Below are positions 9,193-18,661 of a stretch of DNA of 64,000 nucleotides, one piece after another. Position 1 is the stretch's first letter. Every line of letters begins with the position of its first letter. Both the position numbers and the translations under genes were made by a program. The DNA comes from Gammaproteobacteria bacterium (GTDB taxonomy: Bacteria > Pseudomonadota > Gammaproteobacteria > GCA-002705445 > GCA-002716945), in contig JABIVC010000016.1 of NCBI GenBank assembly GCA_018667355.1, forward strand, positions 175,762 through 239,761. Direction: 5' to 3'. The notes under the pieces were generated by a model, which made no database searches, was not told the origin of the DNA, and saw only the letters and a program-made list of their open reading frames with translations.

Positions 9193-10545
9193 ATGATGAT
9201 TTTTATGAATAGTAAAATAAAATATGATTTAATTTTGAGAAATGGCAATGTTGTTCTTCCTGAAGGTATCAAAGCAGTAGATATAGGTATTACTAATGAG
9301 AGAATTAAAGATATTGGTAATTTATCAAATGCAGATGCACATGATTTAATAGATTGTTCTAGTCTACATGTTTTACCAGGAGTTATTGATTCTCAAGTCC
9401 ATTTTAGGGAACCAGGTCTGGAAAATAAAGAAAATTTAGAATCAGGCATGTTAGCTGCAGCTGCTGGAGGTGTTACAGCAGTTTTTGAAATGCCAAATAC
9501 CAACCCTCTAACAATCACACCAGAAACAATAAAAGATAAATTGCATAGAGCTAGTAGAGTTGCATGGACAGATTATGCTTTCTATCTTGGTGGAACGGGT
9601 AGAACGGGCCCGAATCTTGATAAATGGGAGAATGCCCCCGGTATATGTGGGATTAAAATATTCATGGGTGCTTCTACAGGCGAGCTCATGACAGCAAGTG
9701 ATGAAGAAGTAGAGTCTGTTCTGTCAAATGGCAAAAGAGTTGTAGCTGTCCATGCTGAAGATCAATATATTATGCAAGAAAACATGAAGACTATTCTCAA
9801 AAATCAAACTGATGTATCACTTCATAGCGTTTGGCGTTCACCAGAAAGTTGTTTTTCTGCAACGAAGAGAGTTGTCACCATCGCAAAAAAATATAGCAGA
9901 AGAGTGCATATACTTCATATAACTACTTCAGAAGAAATAGATTTTCTAAGGAAGAATAAAGATGTTGCGAGTGTTGAATTATTAGTAAATCATCTAACGC
10001 TTCATGCACCAGAATGTTATGAAACACTTGGTACATTAGCTCAGCAAAACCCACCTATAAGAGAAAAACATCATCAAGATGCACTCTGGAAAGCATTAAT
10101 TGATGGAACTGTTGATATTCTTGCATCAGATCATGCTCCTCATACTTTGGATGAAAAATCGCAAACGTATCCTAAGTCACCAAGCGGTACGCCTGGAGTT
10201 CAGACACTTGTTCCAGTAATGTTGAATCATGTTAATAATGGAAAATTATCCTTAGAGAGATTGGTAGAACTTTGGTCCTATGGCCCCGAAAGAATACATA
10301 AACTAAGTAATAAGGGTAGGATTGCCATTGGGTATGATGCCGATTTTACTATTGTTGATATGAATAAAAAAAATACAATCACAAATGCACAACAAAAATC
10401 AAAAACAGGCTGGACACCATATGATGGCATGAACGTGACTGGTTGGCCTATTCTAACTATAATAAGAGGCAATATAGTTATGAGAGAAGATGAAATGTTT
10501 GATCCAATTGGAAAGCCTGTGTTATTTGAAGAAACTATTGATTAA
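9193..10545 (+). CDS. Cyclic amidohydrolase of the dihydroorotase/allantoinase family (PyrC-like); first metal-binding His replaced by Gln
   Basis: VIDSQVHFREPG (canonical D-x-H-x-H-x-R-E-P-G), later AVHAED, HILHITT and ASDHAPH motifs. The start is uncertain; candidate ATGs at 9193, 9196 and 9205. Confidence 0.7.
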   Translation: MMIFMNSKIKYDLILRNGNVVLPEGIKAVDIGITNERIKDIGNLSNADAHDLIDCSSLHVLPGVIDSQVHFREPGLENKENLESGMLAAAAGGVTAVFEMPNTNPLTITPETIKDKLHRASRVAWTDYAFYLGGTGRTGPNLDKWENAPGICGIKIFMGASTGELMTASDEEVESVLSNGKRVVAVHAEDQYIMQENMKTILKNQTDVSLHSVWRSPESCFSATKRVVTIAKKYSRRVHILHITTSEEIDFLRKNKDVASVELLVNHLTLHAPECYETLGTLAQQNPPIREKHHQDALWKALIDGTVDILASDHAPHTLDEKSQTYPKSPSGTPGVQTLVPVMLNHVNNGKLSLERLVELWSYGPERIHKLSNKGRIAIGYDADFTIVDMNKKNTITNAQQKSKTGWTPYDGMNVTGWPILTIIRGNIVMREDEMFDPIGKPVLFEETID

Positions 10546-10546
10546 T

Positions 10547-11026
10547 ATGAGTAATGTAGACCAAGATAATAATAACCTTTTTATGGGTTTGGCATTAGAG
10601 CTAGCATATACTGCATTTGACAATGATGAAGTTCCAGTAGGAGCAGTTATAGTTCAACGAAGAAATTCTGAGATTTTATCAGCATTTGCAAATCAAATGA
10701 GAAGTTTAAAATCATCTATAGCTCATGCAGAGATGTTAGCAATTCAAAAAGCAATGAAAGTTACTCATAATGAGAGACTTATTGAATGTGATATGTATGT
10801 GAGCCTTGAGCCATGTCCAATGTGTGCTCAAGCTATAAGCTTTGCGAGGATTAAGAATTTATATTTTGCTGCTGAAGATGAAAAAAGCGGAGGAGTTTTG
10901 AATGGACCTAAAATTTTTGATTCCACTTCATGTCATCATAAACCCCAAGTACATCATGGGATGATGGGGAAAGAATCATCCCAGCTTTTAAAAGATTTTT
11001 TTAAATCAAAACGTAAATATAAATAA
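10547..11026 (+). CDS. tadA: tRNA-specific adenosine deaminase
   Basis: CMP/dCMP-type zinc deaminase motifs HAEMLAIQKA and PCPMCAQAI. ATG at 10547 directly follows the upstream stop; the annotated 10490 start would overlap the upstream gene. Confidence 0.85.
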   Translation: MSNVDQDNNNLFMGLALELAYTAFDNDEVPVGAVIVQRRNSEILSAFANQMRSLKSSIAHAEMLAIQKAMKVTHNERLIECDMYVSLEPCPMCAQAISFARIKNLYFAAEDEKSGGVLNGPKIFDSTSCHHKPQVHHGMMGKESSQLLKDFFKSKRKYK

Positions 11027-11052
11027 ATTAGAGAGAAGTAAGATAAATATTT

Positions 11053-11388
11053 ATGAGTGACTCAAAAAATAAAATAGATGATATACATTCTGATTGTGGA
11101 GCATCAGAACCATATGCTTTGCAAGTTACAGATAATAGTATGGAGCCAGAATTTAAGAAAGAGTGCATTGTTGTTATTGACCCTGTTGGGCAATGTAAGG
11201 ATGGACAATATGTATTTATAGAATATGAAGGTGTTAGATGGTTTAGAAAGTTTGTCACCAAAGGTAATTTAAATTATTTAATTGCACTAAATGACTTATA
11301 TCCAGAAATATTATTAGATAATTCTTATGATATTTTAGGTATAATAATTCAAAAAAACGAGAATCGTAAAATCACACATTATAAGTAG
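11053..11388 (+). CDS. Stand-alone S24 (LexA/UmuD-like) serine peptidase domain protein
   Basis: VTDNSMEP (Ser nucleophile motif, cf. GDSM), VVIDP, ...RWFRKF (catalytic Lys region) and an N-terminal Cys-Gly (DCGASEP) resembling the UmuD self-cleavage site. No HTH DNA-binding domain and no umuC nearby. Confidence 0.65.
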   Translation: MSDSKNKIDDIHSDCGASEPYALQVTDNSMEPEFKKECIVVIDPVGQCKDGQYVFIEYEGVRWFRKFVTKGNLNYLIALNDLYPEILLDNSYDILGIIIQKNENRKITHYK

Positions 11389-11399
11389 AGAGAAATAAC

Positions 11400-11654
11400 A
11401 TGAAAAAAGTTCTGATATATAGTACAAGAATATGCCCATATTGTATGAGAGCAAAAAATTTTTTCAAAAAAAGAGATGTGCCTTATGAAGATATCATGGT
11501 GGACCAAGATTCTGAGCAACTAAAGATAATGATGGAAAAGTCTAAAAGACAATCTGTCCCACAAATATTTATTGGAGACTACCATGTAGGTGGTTTTGAT
11601 GACTTAGTGGAACATGATATGGATGGGAAATTAGAAGATTTACTTAAGGAATAA
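11400..11654 (+). CDS. grxC: Glutaredoxin 3
   Basis: CPYC active site (RICPYCMRAK), 84 aa, typical Grx fold length. Confidence 0.9.
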   Translation: MKKVLIYSTRICPYCMRAKNFFKKRDVPYEDIMVDQDSEQLKIMMEKSKRQSVPQIFIGDYHVGGFDDLVEHDMDGKLEDLLKE

Positions 11655-11655
11655 T

Positions 11656-12096
11656 ATGGATAAACATGAAAATAGAGCAATGGAGTTGGAGAGTGGTATT
11701 GCTGCCTTTGAAACCAAGAGTTTTGCGCATGCTATCAAATTATTATCACCCATTGCAGACGAGGGTAATGTTGAGGCTATGTATAGAATGGCAATAATGT
11801 TACAAAATGGATTGGGCTGTCAAGAAAACACACAAAAAGCTTTTGATTACATGAATAGTGCTGCAGAAAAAGATTACCCGATTGCTCAACATGCTTTGGG
11901 CTTCATGTTTTTTGAAGGTGAGTGCACAGATAAGGACATAAATAAAAGCATAGAATGGTTCACTAAAGCAGCTGACCAAGGATTAATGGGTTCAGCAACA
12001 ACACTTGCTATGATTTATGAAGAAGGAAAACTTGTAGAGCAGGATTTAGACAAAGCACAATATTGGTATAAAAAAGCGGGCATCGAAAAAACTTAA
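11656..12096 (+). CDS. Sel1-repeat protein
   Basis: Repeated Sel1-like motifs (EAMYRMAIMLQNGLGCQENTQKAFDYMNSAAEKDYPIAQHALGFMFFEGE...). Confidence 0.65.
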   Translation: MDKHENRAMELESGIAAFETKSFAHAIKLLSPIADEGNVEAMYRMAIMLQNGLGCQENTQKAFDYMNSAAEKDYPIAQHALGFMFFEGECTDKDINKSIEWFTKAADQGLMGSATTLAMIYEEGKLVEQDLDKAQYWYKKAGIEKT

Positions 12097-13490
12097 TGAA
12101 ATATTTCCCCTTTTTTATGGAACTTAGTAAGCAGTCTGTCCTCTTGATAGGTGGTGGTGAAGTAGCTGAACGCAAATTAGATTTACTGATAAAAGCTAAT
12201 GCTAATGTAACAATCGTTTCACCAGAATTTACTTCTTATATAGAAGAGTTATTTAAAAATAAGAATATAAAGCCAATCAAGGACCATTATAATCTTAGTC
12301 ATCTTAAGAGTTCTTCTTTTGCATTTGTTATTGCTGCAACAAATGATGAATCATTAAACAAAGAAATCGCTAAAGATGCTAATGACAATAATATATTAGT
12401 TAATGTAGTTGATAAACCAAAAATATGCGATTTTATATTTCCTTCCATTTTAGAAAGGGGACCTATCACAGTTGCTGTATCTACAGGAGGATCATCTCCA
12501 GTACTTGCTCGCATGCTTAGAACTAAACTTGAAACAATGATACCAGGCGCTTATGGAAGATTAGCAAAGATAGTATCTGAAAATAGAATTCCTGTAAGGA
12601 AAAAATTAGTCAATTCTAAATCTAATGGAATCTTCTGGGAACAAATGTTGAATGGCAAATTCCTAGAGTTGGTTTTAAGTGGCCAGGATGAAGAAGCCGT
12701 GACTTTTTTAAATACAGAAATTAATAATTTTGATGAGCAGAAAAAGGGAGAAGGAGAAGTATATCTAGTTGGTGCCGGACCAGGTGATCCAGATTTATTA
12801 ACTTTTAGAGCACTACGTTTAATGCAACAAGCAGATGTTGCTCTTTATGATAGATTAGTTCATCCATCAATTATCGACTTAATTAGGAGAGATGCACAGA
12901 AAATATATGTCGGGAAACAAAGAGACAATCATACTGTTCGACAAGAAGAGATTAATGAATTGCTTGTCAAATATGCTAAAGAGGGCAATAGAGTTTTACG
13001 ACTTAAAGGAGGGGACCCTTTTATCTTTGGTCGAGGTGGTGAAGAGATAGATTCGTTGGTTGATAACAATATTTCTTTTCAGGTTGTCCCAGGCATAACA
13101 AGTGCAAGCGGATGCTCTGCTTATAGTGGTATTCCTCTAACACATAGAGATTATGCTCAATCTTGTATATTTGTCACCGGACATCTTAAAAAAGGAAAAT
13201 TAGAGTTAAATTGGGAGAAACTGATACAACCTAACCAAACTATTGTTTTTTATATGGGTCTTGTCTCTATTAATATTATTTGTTCAAAACTTATAGAATT
13301 TGGTTTAGATCGAAAAACACCATGCGCTCTAGTAGAGCAAGGTACTACCCAAAATCAGAAAGTATATACATCAACAGTTGAGCAGATGAATGATTTGGTA
13401 GAGAGAGAGAAACCTCATGCCCCTACCATATTTATAATTGGTCATGTTGTTACATTAAGAGAAAAATTAAATTGGTATAAAACTGACTAA
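12096..13490 (+). CDS. cysG: Siroheme synthase (multifunctional precorrin-2 dehydrogenase / ferrochelatase / uroporphyrinogen-III C-methyltransferase)
   Basis: N-terminal Rossmann LLIGGGEVAERK and C-terminal methylase motifs VYLVGAGPGDPDLLTFRAL and GGDPFIFGRGGEE. Confidence 0.9.
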   Translation: MKYFPFFMELSKQSVLLIGGGEVAERKLDLLIKANANVTIVSPEFTSYIEELFKNKNIKPIKDHYNLSHLKSSSFAFVIAATNDESLNKEIAKDANDNNILVNVVDKPKICDFIFPSILERGPITVAVSTGGSSPVLARMLRTKLETMIPGAYGRLAKIVSENRIPVRKKLVNSKSNGIFWEQMLNGKFLELVLSGQDEEAVTFLNTEINNFDEQKKGEGEVYLVGAGPGDPDLLTFRALRLMQQADVALYDRLVHPSIIDLIRRDAQKIYVGKQRDNHTVRQEEINELLVKYAKEGNRVLRLKGGDPFIFGRGGEEIDSLVDNNISFQVVPGITSASGCSAYSGIPLTHRDYAQSCIFVTGHLKKGKLELNWEKLIQPNQTIVFYMGLVSINIICSKLIEFGLDRKTPCALVEQGTTQNQKVYTSTVEQMNDLVEREKPHAPTIFIIGHVVTLREKLNWYKTD

Positions 13491-14050
13491 TTGTTATTCA
13501 GTCTAAAGTTAATAGGTATTGTCAATGAAATTGATTCTTTCTTAATTGAATCAGGAATTCTGGGGAAAGGGGATGACATCATAATCATTCTCCTGGCTTC
13601 TCTATCCAAAGAACGATATCCAGATGATTTAATACTTAAGTTTGTTACTACACCATTTTTTAATATAGTAAACGTAACGGTAGGAGTACCCTGTTCTTTT
13701 CTTTGACGAGATAATAAAGGATATTTTTTATTAGCATCTATTATCTGCCTAACTTTCCCATAGTAGGTATCATAGGTATATTCTGATTGTTCTCCAACCT
13801 CTCTATTATCCATTAACATTTCCTGATCTTTTTCCGTGTCTTCGGTTTTATTTCTTATTTCTTCTGAGGCTATACTTTTTTCATAAATTTCATCACTCTT
13901 GTTTAATACCATCATCTGTATAGTCATCCCTGTTTCACCGATAGTTGTGATGTCATTAACTGTTTTAGGCATAGAAAATGAAAATAAAAAAAGAGAGTGA
14001 ATTGCAAATGCAATTATTAAATACTTATTTAAGCTTGATGAATCATTCAT
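13487..14050 (-). CDS. tonB: Energy transducer TonB
   Basis: N-terminal TM segment, Glu/Lys-rich linker, and a TonB C-terminal domain (GTPTVTFTILKNGVVTNLSIKSSGYRSLDREARRMI). Confidence 0.75.
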   Translation of the reverse strand: MNDSSSLNKYLIIAFAIHSLFLFSFSMPKTVNDITTIGETGMTIQMMVLNKSDEIYEKSIASEEIRNKTEDTEKDQEMLMDNREVGEQSEYTYDTYYGKVRQIIDANKKYPLLSRQRKEQGTPTVTFTILKNGVVTNLSIKSSGYRSLDREARRMIMMSSPFPRIPDSIKKESISLTIPINFRLNNN

Positions 14051-14438
14051 TTTTATTAGAGAGTAATGTTACATTAGTTATTTGACTATCATTTAAGATT
14101 AAAAGAACTTTATTTAATGCACTAGATTCAAGTGATCCATCTGCAGCTATTATAATACTATCTGTTTTAAGTAATATTAATTTCTCTTTAAGCACATATT
14201 TATCAATAGGTTGATCATTTAAAGTTATAGATTCATTGGCATTAATAAATAATGTATTTTTATCTTTTTCACTATATTCTTCAAGTGCTGCAGATGCCAG
14301 ATTTACATTATGTAATTCTTTCTGCTTAACTATAACCCCTGCTAACATAAAAAATATTAATAATAAAAATATTATATTAACAAGAGGAAGTAGGCTATCC
14401 TCATTATTTGAAGCTTGTTTTTTTATTTTTATTTTCAT
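14043..14438 (-). CDS. exbD: Biopolymer transport protein ExbD/TolR (copy 1)
   Basis: LLPLVNIIFLLLIFFM TM signature of ExbD/TolR. Overlaps tonB start by 8 nt. Confidence 0.8.
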   Translation of the reverse strand: MKIKIKKQASNNEDSLLPLVNIIFLLLIFFMLAGVIVKQKELHNVNLASAALEEYSEKDKNTLFINANESITLNDQPIDKYVLKEKLILLKTDSIIIAADGSLESSALNKVLLILNDSQITNVTLLSNKNE

Positions 14439-14444
14439 AATAAC

Positions 14445-14888
14445 TTATAGTTTTTTTAAAAGTGGTAATTTTACGGGTTTTTTTGATTTGTCATAGGCAT
14501 CATTTTGATCAGAATCATCCTTAATGACACCTAAGGTTACATTATCTATGTCACTGGATTTCAAGTTAGATATCACGCTTAACATGAGCTGAACATCTGC
14601 ACCTTTGGCTGGCTTTGCTATAACAATAAAATCGTCGTTATTTTTTTTACTCGAAATGATATCAGATTTGATAGAGTCCAAACTTGCCTCTGTCCCATTC
14701 AATTTAAACTCGCTGTCTTTATTAAATTCTATTAAAAATACCTTTTTATCACTTTGAGAAACACTAGCATTTTCATTCGAGATTTTTATATCTGTTTTAT
14801 TAAATGATTGAAAATTAGTAGCTAACATAAAAAATATTAGGAGAATGAATACTACATCAATTATTGGTGTTAGGCTTATTTTAGTCAT
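14445..14888 (-). CDS. exbD: Biopolymer transport protein ExbD/TolR (copy 2)
   Basis: LTPIIDVVFILLIFFML signature; paralog of the adjacent gene. Confidence 0.8.
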   Translation of the reverse strand: MTKISLTPIIDVVFILLIFFMLATNFQSFNKTDIKISNENASVSQSDKKVFLIEFNKDSEFKLNGTEASLDSIKSDIISSKKNNDDFIVIAKPAKGADVQLMLSVISNLKSSDIDNVTLGVIKDDSDQNDAYDKSKKPVKLPLLKKL

Positions 14889-14983
14889 TTTGTCTCTCGT
14901 TCAAGAGGTAATTCTATATAAATTATTATCAGATGTCATATATTAGCATATTTTATAATCTAAATAAGAAGCATTCGTGTTTA

Positions 14984-15003
14984 CAAATGAGAATCATTCG
15001 CAT
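14984..15003. promoter_or_regulatory. Fur-box-like operator in the divergent exbD-tonB / TonB-dependent receptor intergenic region
   Basis: caAATGAgAATCATTcgCa matches 13 of 16 positions of the central part of the Fur consensus GATAATGATAATCATTATC. Confidence 0.5.
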
Positions 15004-15083
15004 ATAATAACGTAGTTATCAATATTCAGGGTGATTTTGCCATGAATTATTGATGTTATTTATATAAATATGAGAAAAATTTA

Positions 15084-17324
15084 ATGAATAAAACATATTT
15101 TAAAGGATATATAGTTGCTTCACTGATGGCTATCAGTTTACCAATTATTGCAGAAGAAATGAGTCCTGTAAGTGTTTTCGGATCACAAGACGAAACACAA
15201 CAAGCTGGTTCAGCTCATTTTATTAGTGATAATGAAATGAAAAGCAAAGGCTATACAGATGCTGAAAGGGTCTTAGGACGTATTCCTGGAGTATACTCCC
15301 AAACTGAAGATGGTTATGGGCTTAGAACTAATATAGGTATGCGAGGAACAAGTGCTCTGAGAACAACAAAGATTAATGTTCTAGAAGATGGTGTGCCACA
15401 AGGTCCTGCTATTTATTCTAATGGGAGTATGTATTTCTTCCCTGATGTTGGTCGTATGGAAGGAGTTGAAGTTTTGAAAGGACCGGCAGCAATAGGTAAT
15501 GGTCCTAGAACTACTGCTGGTACAATTAACTTTTTATCACGTTCTATACCTACTATTGATAGCGAAGGATACTATTCTATAACTATGGGCGATGATGGCT
15601 TTTCAAGAAACCATACATACTACGGTGGGAACATAGGGTCTGTTGGTTACGTTTTTGAGTACCATGATTATAGAGCAGATGGTTATAAAAACATTAAAGG
15701 TGCTGGTAATACCGATGCTGGTTTTGACAAACAAACTGATTTAGTTAAGTTTAGCTATACACCATCAAATAGTTCATGGAATCAAGCTTTTGAGCTAACA
15801 AGTTCAAATACAACAGAAACATCTAATGAAACTTATATTGGGTTAACTGGAACAGACTTCCAAGCAGACCCATTCCAGAGATATGGCGCTTCATCGGTCG
15901 ATCAAATGGATAATGATTATCATAGATATATATTTACTCATACAATGCAACCATCTGCTAATATGAAAATTACATCTAAACTTTATAAAACCAGATATAG
16001 TCGTCTTTGGGGTAAAAGTGGTGAAATGTATGTAGACCCAGATGGTGAAGGAACTGGTACATTAACAAAGGTAAAATTTTCTGCTATCGATATGGCTGGA
16101 AACTGTGCAGGTGACACCGGTGCTGAGCTAAGAGCATGTAATATTTTAACAAATAATACAGCAATGCTTGGTAGCGAGTATATCAAAAGATCGATGGGTC
16201 ATCGTGATTATGGTATGACAGGTGTCCAATTTGTAATTAACCATGACATTGGCAATCATGCTCTTGAGTATGGATACAGACGTCATAAAGATTACAGAGA
16301 AAGACATGATGCAGACTACTATCAAAAATATACTATAAACGCAGCTGGAACTATGAGTCTAATGCCAAGCGGTAATATTCGTGGTGCTACCACAACTACA
16401 GCTGCTGAACTCAAAGACACAGACGCATCATCTTGGCATTTGAAAGATGTTATCTCTGCAGGAGCATTTACTCATACTCTTGGTATTCGATATGAAGACA
16501 CAGAGAAGAATGATGGTACTAATGCAGTACCTGGTAACGCTAAGAAAGATGTCAAAGATACCGCAACTATGATGGCTGCATCCACTGTTTATAACATGGG
16601 TGGCGGTCAATCTATGTTTGCTGGTTTTAGTGAAGGACACAGCCCAGTAGATGCTGGATCAGCTGCTTCAATAGAGCCTGAAAAATCTGATAACTATGAA
16701 ATTGGTTACAGAAAACAAAGCGCTGGTAGCTTCTTAGAGGTAATTGCTTTCTATAACGACTACAGTCAGTTAATAGAAACTTGCTTAACTGCAAACGGGT
16801 GTACTGGTACTCAAGGTACTACTACCAATAAAGGTTCAGCAGAAGTTGAAGGCATTGAATTTCAATACAAACTTGACAATATGTTTGCTAAACCTCAAAT
16901 GAAAGGTATGGCTTCACATAGCTCAGTAAGATATCCATTAACAATCAGCGGTATGTTGCAAAGCTCTGAATATACAGGTCAAAACCTTGCTATTAATGGA
17001 AAATCAATTGCATATGTACCTGATTTTCAACTGTATACATCAATAGGTATGGAGACTAACGATTGGAGCATCGCTCTAGGCGCTAAATATCATGATGATA
17101 CATTTACTGATGATACAAATATTTATAGAACTGGCAAAGCATTCATTTTTGATTTGTCTAGTGGTATGAATATTCCTGTAAACTCAAATGGTATTAAAAA
17201 TGCGAGAGTATTTTTAAACGTAGACAACTTATTTGATAAAGTCATCGTGGCTTCAGAACATGAGTATGGTAAACGTCCTAACAAACCATTATCAGTAATG
17301 GCAGGAGTACAATTCGATTTTTAA
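15084..17324 (+). CDS. TonB-dependent outer-membrane receptor
   Basis: Signal peptide, plug-domain motifs, long beta-barrel with C-terminal aromatic residue (…GVQFDF). The substrate cannot be assigned. Confidence 0.85.
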   Translation: MNKTYFKGYIVASLMAISLPIIAEEMSPVSVFGSQDETQQAGSAHFISDNEMKSKGYTDAERVLGRIPGVYSQTEDGYGLRTNIGMRGTSALRTTKINVLEDGVPQGPAIYSNGSMYFFPDVGRMEGVEVLKGPAAIGNGPRTTAGTINFLSRSIPTIDSEGYYSITMGDDGFSRNHTYYGGNIGSVGYVFEYHDYRADGYKNIKGAGNTDAGFDKQTDLVKFSYTPSNSSWNQAFELTSSNTTETSNETYIGLTGTDFQADPFQRYGASSVDQMDNDYHRYIFTHTMQPSANMKITSKLYKTRYSRLWGKSGEMYVDPDGEGTGTLTKVKFSAIDMAGNCAGDTGAELRACNILTNNTAMLGSEYIKRSMGHRDYGMTGVQFVINHDIGNHALEYGYRRHKDYRERHDADYYQKYTINAAGTMSLMPSGNIRGATTTTAAELKDTDASSWHLKDVISAGAFTHTLGIRYEDTEKNDGTNAVPGNAKKDVKDTATMMAASTVYNMGGGQSMFAGFSEGHSPVDAGSAASIEPEKSDNYEIGYRKQSAGSFLEVIAFYNDYSQLIETCLTANGCTGTQGTTTNKGSAEVEGIEFQYKLDNMFAKPQMKGMASHSSVRYPLTISGMLQSSEYTGQNLAINGKSIAYVPDFQLYTSIGMETNDWSIALGAKYHDDTFTDDTNIYRTGKAFIFDLSSGMNIPVNSNGIKNARVFLNVDNLFDKVIVASEHEYGKRPNKPLSVMAGVQFDF

Positions 17325-17352
17325 TTTTCATCATTCTCCGGTGGAAAATAAA

Positions 17353-17408
17353 AGAGGACGCAGGGCTTAAGAGAACTCTTAATCTCTCCCTTGAGCAAGG
17401 CGTCCTCA
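17353..17408. other. Nested stem-loop element (outer 8-bp stem GAGGACGC/GCGTCCTC enclosing inner 7-bp stem TTAAGAG/CTCTTAA)
   Basis: Perfect inverted repeats read directly from the sequence between the receptor gene and exbB. Confidence 0.5.
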
Positions 17409-17431
17409 CTATGAATTCATAACCTCGTTGA

Positions 17432-17462
17432 AAGCCCATAAGATGTGTTTTATGGGCTTTCA
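17432..17462. other. Strong hairpin (AAAGCCCATAA...TTATGGGCTTT) without a U-tract
   Basis: 11-bp perfect inverted repeat. It lacks a T-run on either strand, so it is not a canonical intrinsic terminator. Confidence 0.5.
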
Positions 17463-17576
17463 TACATTCGATATAATATCCATATTCTTAGCAAATTAGT
17501 TTCATGCTAAATTATATGATTTAGATGATGATATTAAATATAATTCCTCTAAAATATAGGCACATGGAAAAATATT

Positions 17577-18206
17577 ATGGAAGTTAATTCACTTTTAAAT
17601 CTTGGCGGCCCAATAGTATATATACTTCTTGTATTGTCTATTTATGCGACTGCTATTATTCTCTATAAGTTACACATTTTCTACAAAGTACAATTCTTTA
17701 AATCAGATATAACAGTTAAAAGCATTAATCTATGGCTTTCAGATAATCATAATGATGCATATGAATCGATTAACAATGTTAATGATCCACAAGCTGAAGT
17801 TGTATCTTTTGCAATGTATCAGCTACTTAAACATAAAAAACTCACTGTGAAAACTGAGAACGATATACGCGAAGAAATTACAAGGCTTTCAGATGAAAGA
17901 ATTAATAATTACAGTTCAAACCTTAATAGTTTGCAAGTAATCGCAACTATTGCTCCTTTATTAGGGTTATTAGGGACTGTTTTCGGTATGATCGAAGCCT
18001 TTCAGCAAATGGAAATGGCAGGTAAAAATGTTGACCCTTCTATTTTATCAGGTGGCATATGGGAAGCTTTATTAACAACCGCAGCAGGTTTATCAGTTGC
18101 GATACCAATAGTTGTTTTCGAATCTTACTTCAGAAATCTTATTGATACCTTTAAAAATAATATTGAAAATGCAGTGACAAAGGTACTAACATCACAAATT
18201 AATTAA
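17577..18206 (+). CDS. exbB: MotA/TolQ/ExbB proton-channel protein
   Basis: Three TM helices with the ExbB signature SGGIWEALLTTAAGLSVAIPIVVFESYFRN. Confidence 0.8.
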   Translation: MEVNSLLNLGGPIVYILLVLSIYATAIILYKLHIFYKVQFFKSDITVKSINLWLSDNHNDAYESINNVNDPQAEVVSFAMYQLLKHKKLTVKTENDIREEITRLSDERINNYSSNLNSLQVIATIAPLLGLLGTVFGMIEAFQQMEMAGKNVDPSILSGGIWEALLTTAAGLSVAIPIVVFESYFRNLIDTFKNNIENAVTKVLTSQIN

Positions 18207-18661
18207 CCACAGCAGCCCATACCAAACTTTTTTAATCTCCAGTAATTATATGGCCATGGAGTTAAAAAACCAGCAGTGAGCATGAATGGGATGACATAGA
18301 GATTTATTTTAGCTCCTCCAGTAATTAGAATATCTGTAATATTCATAGCCAATTCCATGCTGATCATAGAAATAAGACTCATACCAAATGCTGTTTTTAT
18401 TGCAGATTTCAGTTTCATTTGTTTTAACAATATTATTGTTTCAAGTATTATGCTTGAGACTATCCCATTAAACATTGCTAGTGCCATGATTGATAAGGTT
18501 GACCATGGAATTGCATTTACCTGGAAATAATATATTGTCATCATATCTCCGAAGCTACACCCTACCAAACACCAAAATGTATTGATAGCTGACTGACCCC
18601 ATGTATGTTTACATTTCCAGTTAAAGGCATTACTTTTCTTTATCATTATAAATCCAGCCAA
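18203..18661 (-). CDS. Membrane protein, DUF4396-like
   Basis: Hydrophobic 152 aa protein with CLVGCSFGDM, reminiscent of DUF4396. It is the last gene of a 5-gene minus-strand operon. Confidence 0.35.
   Translation of the reverse strand: MAGFIMIKKSNAFNWKCKHTWGQSAINTFWCLVGCSFGDMMTIYYFQVNAIPWSTLSIMALAMFNGIVSSIILETIILLKQMKLKSAIKTAFGMSLISMISMELAMNITDILITGGAKINLYVIPFMLTAGFLTPWPYNYWRLKKFGMGCCG

Noticed and set aside
13491-13706. 71-aa + ORF downstream of cysG
   Set aside because: Antisense to the TonB C-terminal domain, with no RBS.
17432-17462. Hairpin first read as an intrinsic terminator for the TonB-dependent receptor gene
   Set aside because: No U-tract follows on either strand, so it is listed only as a structured element.
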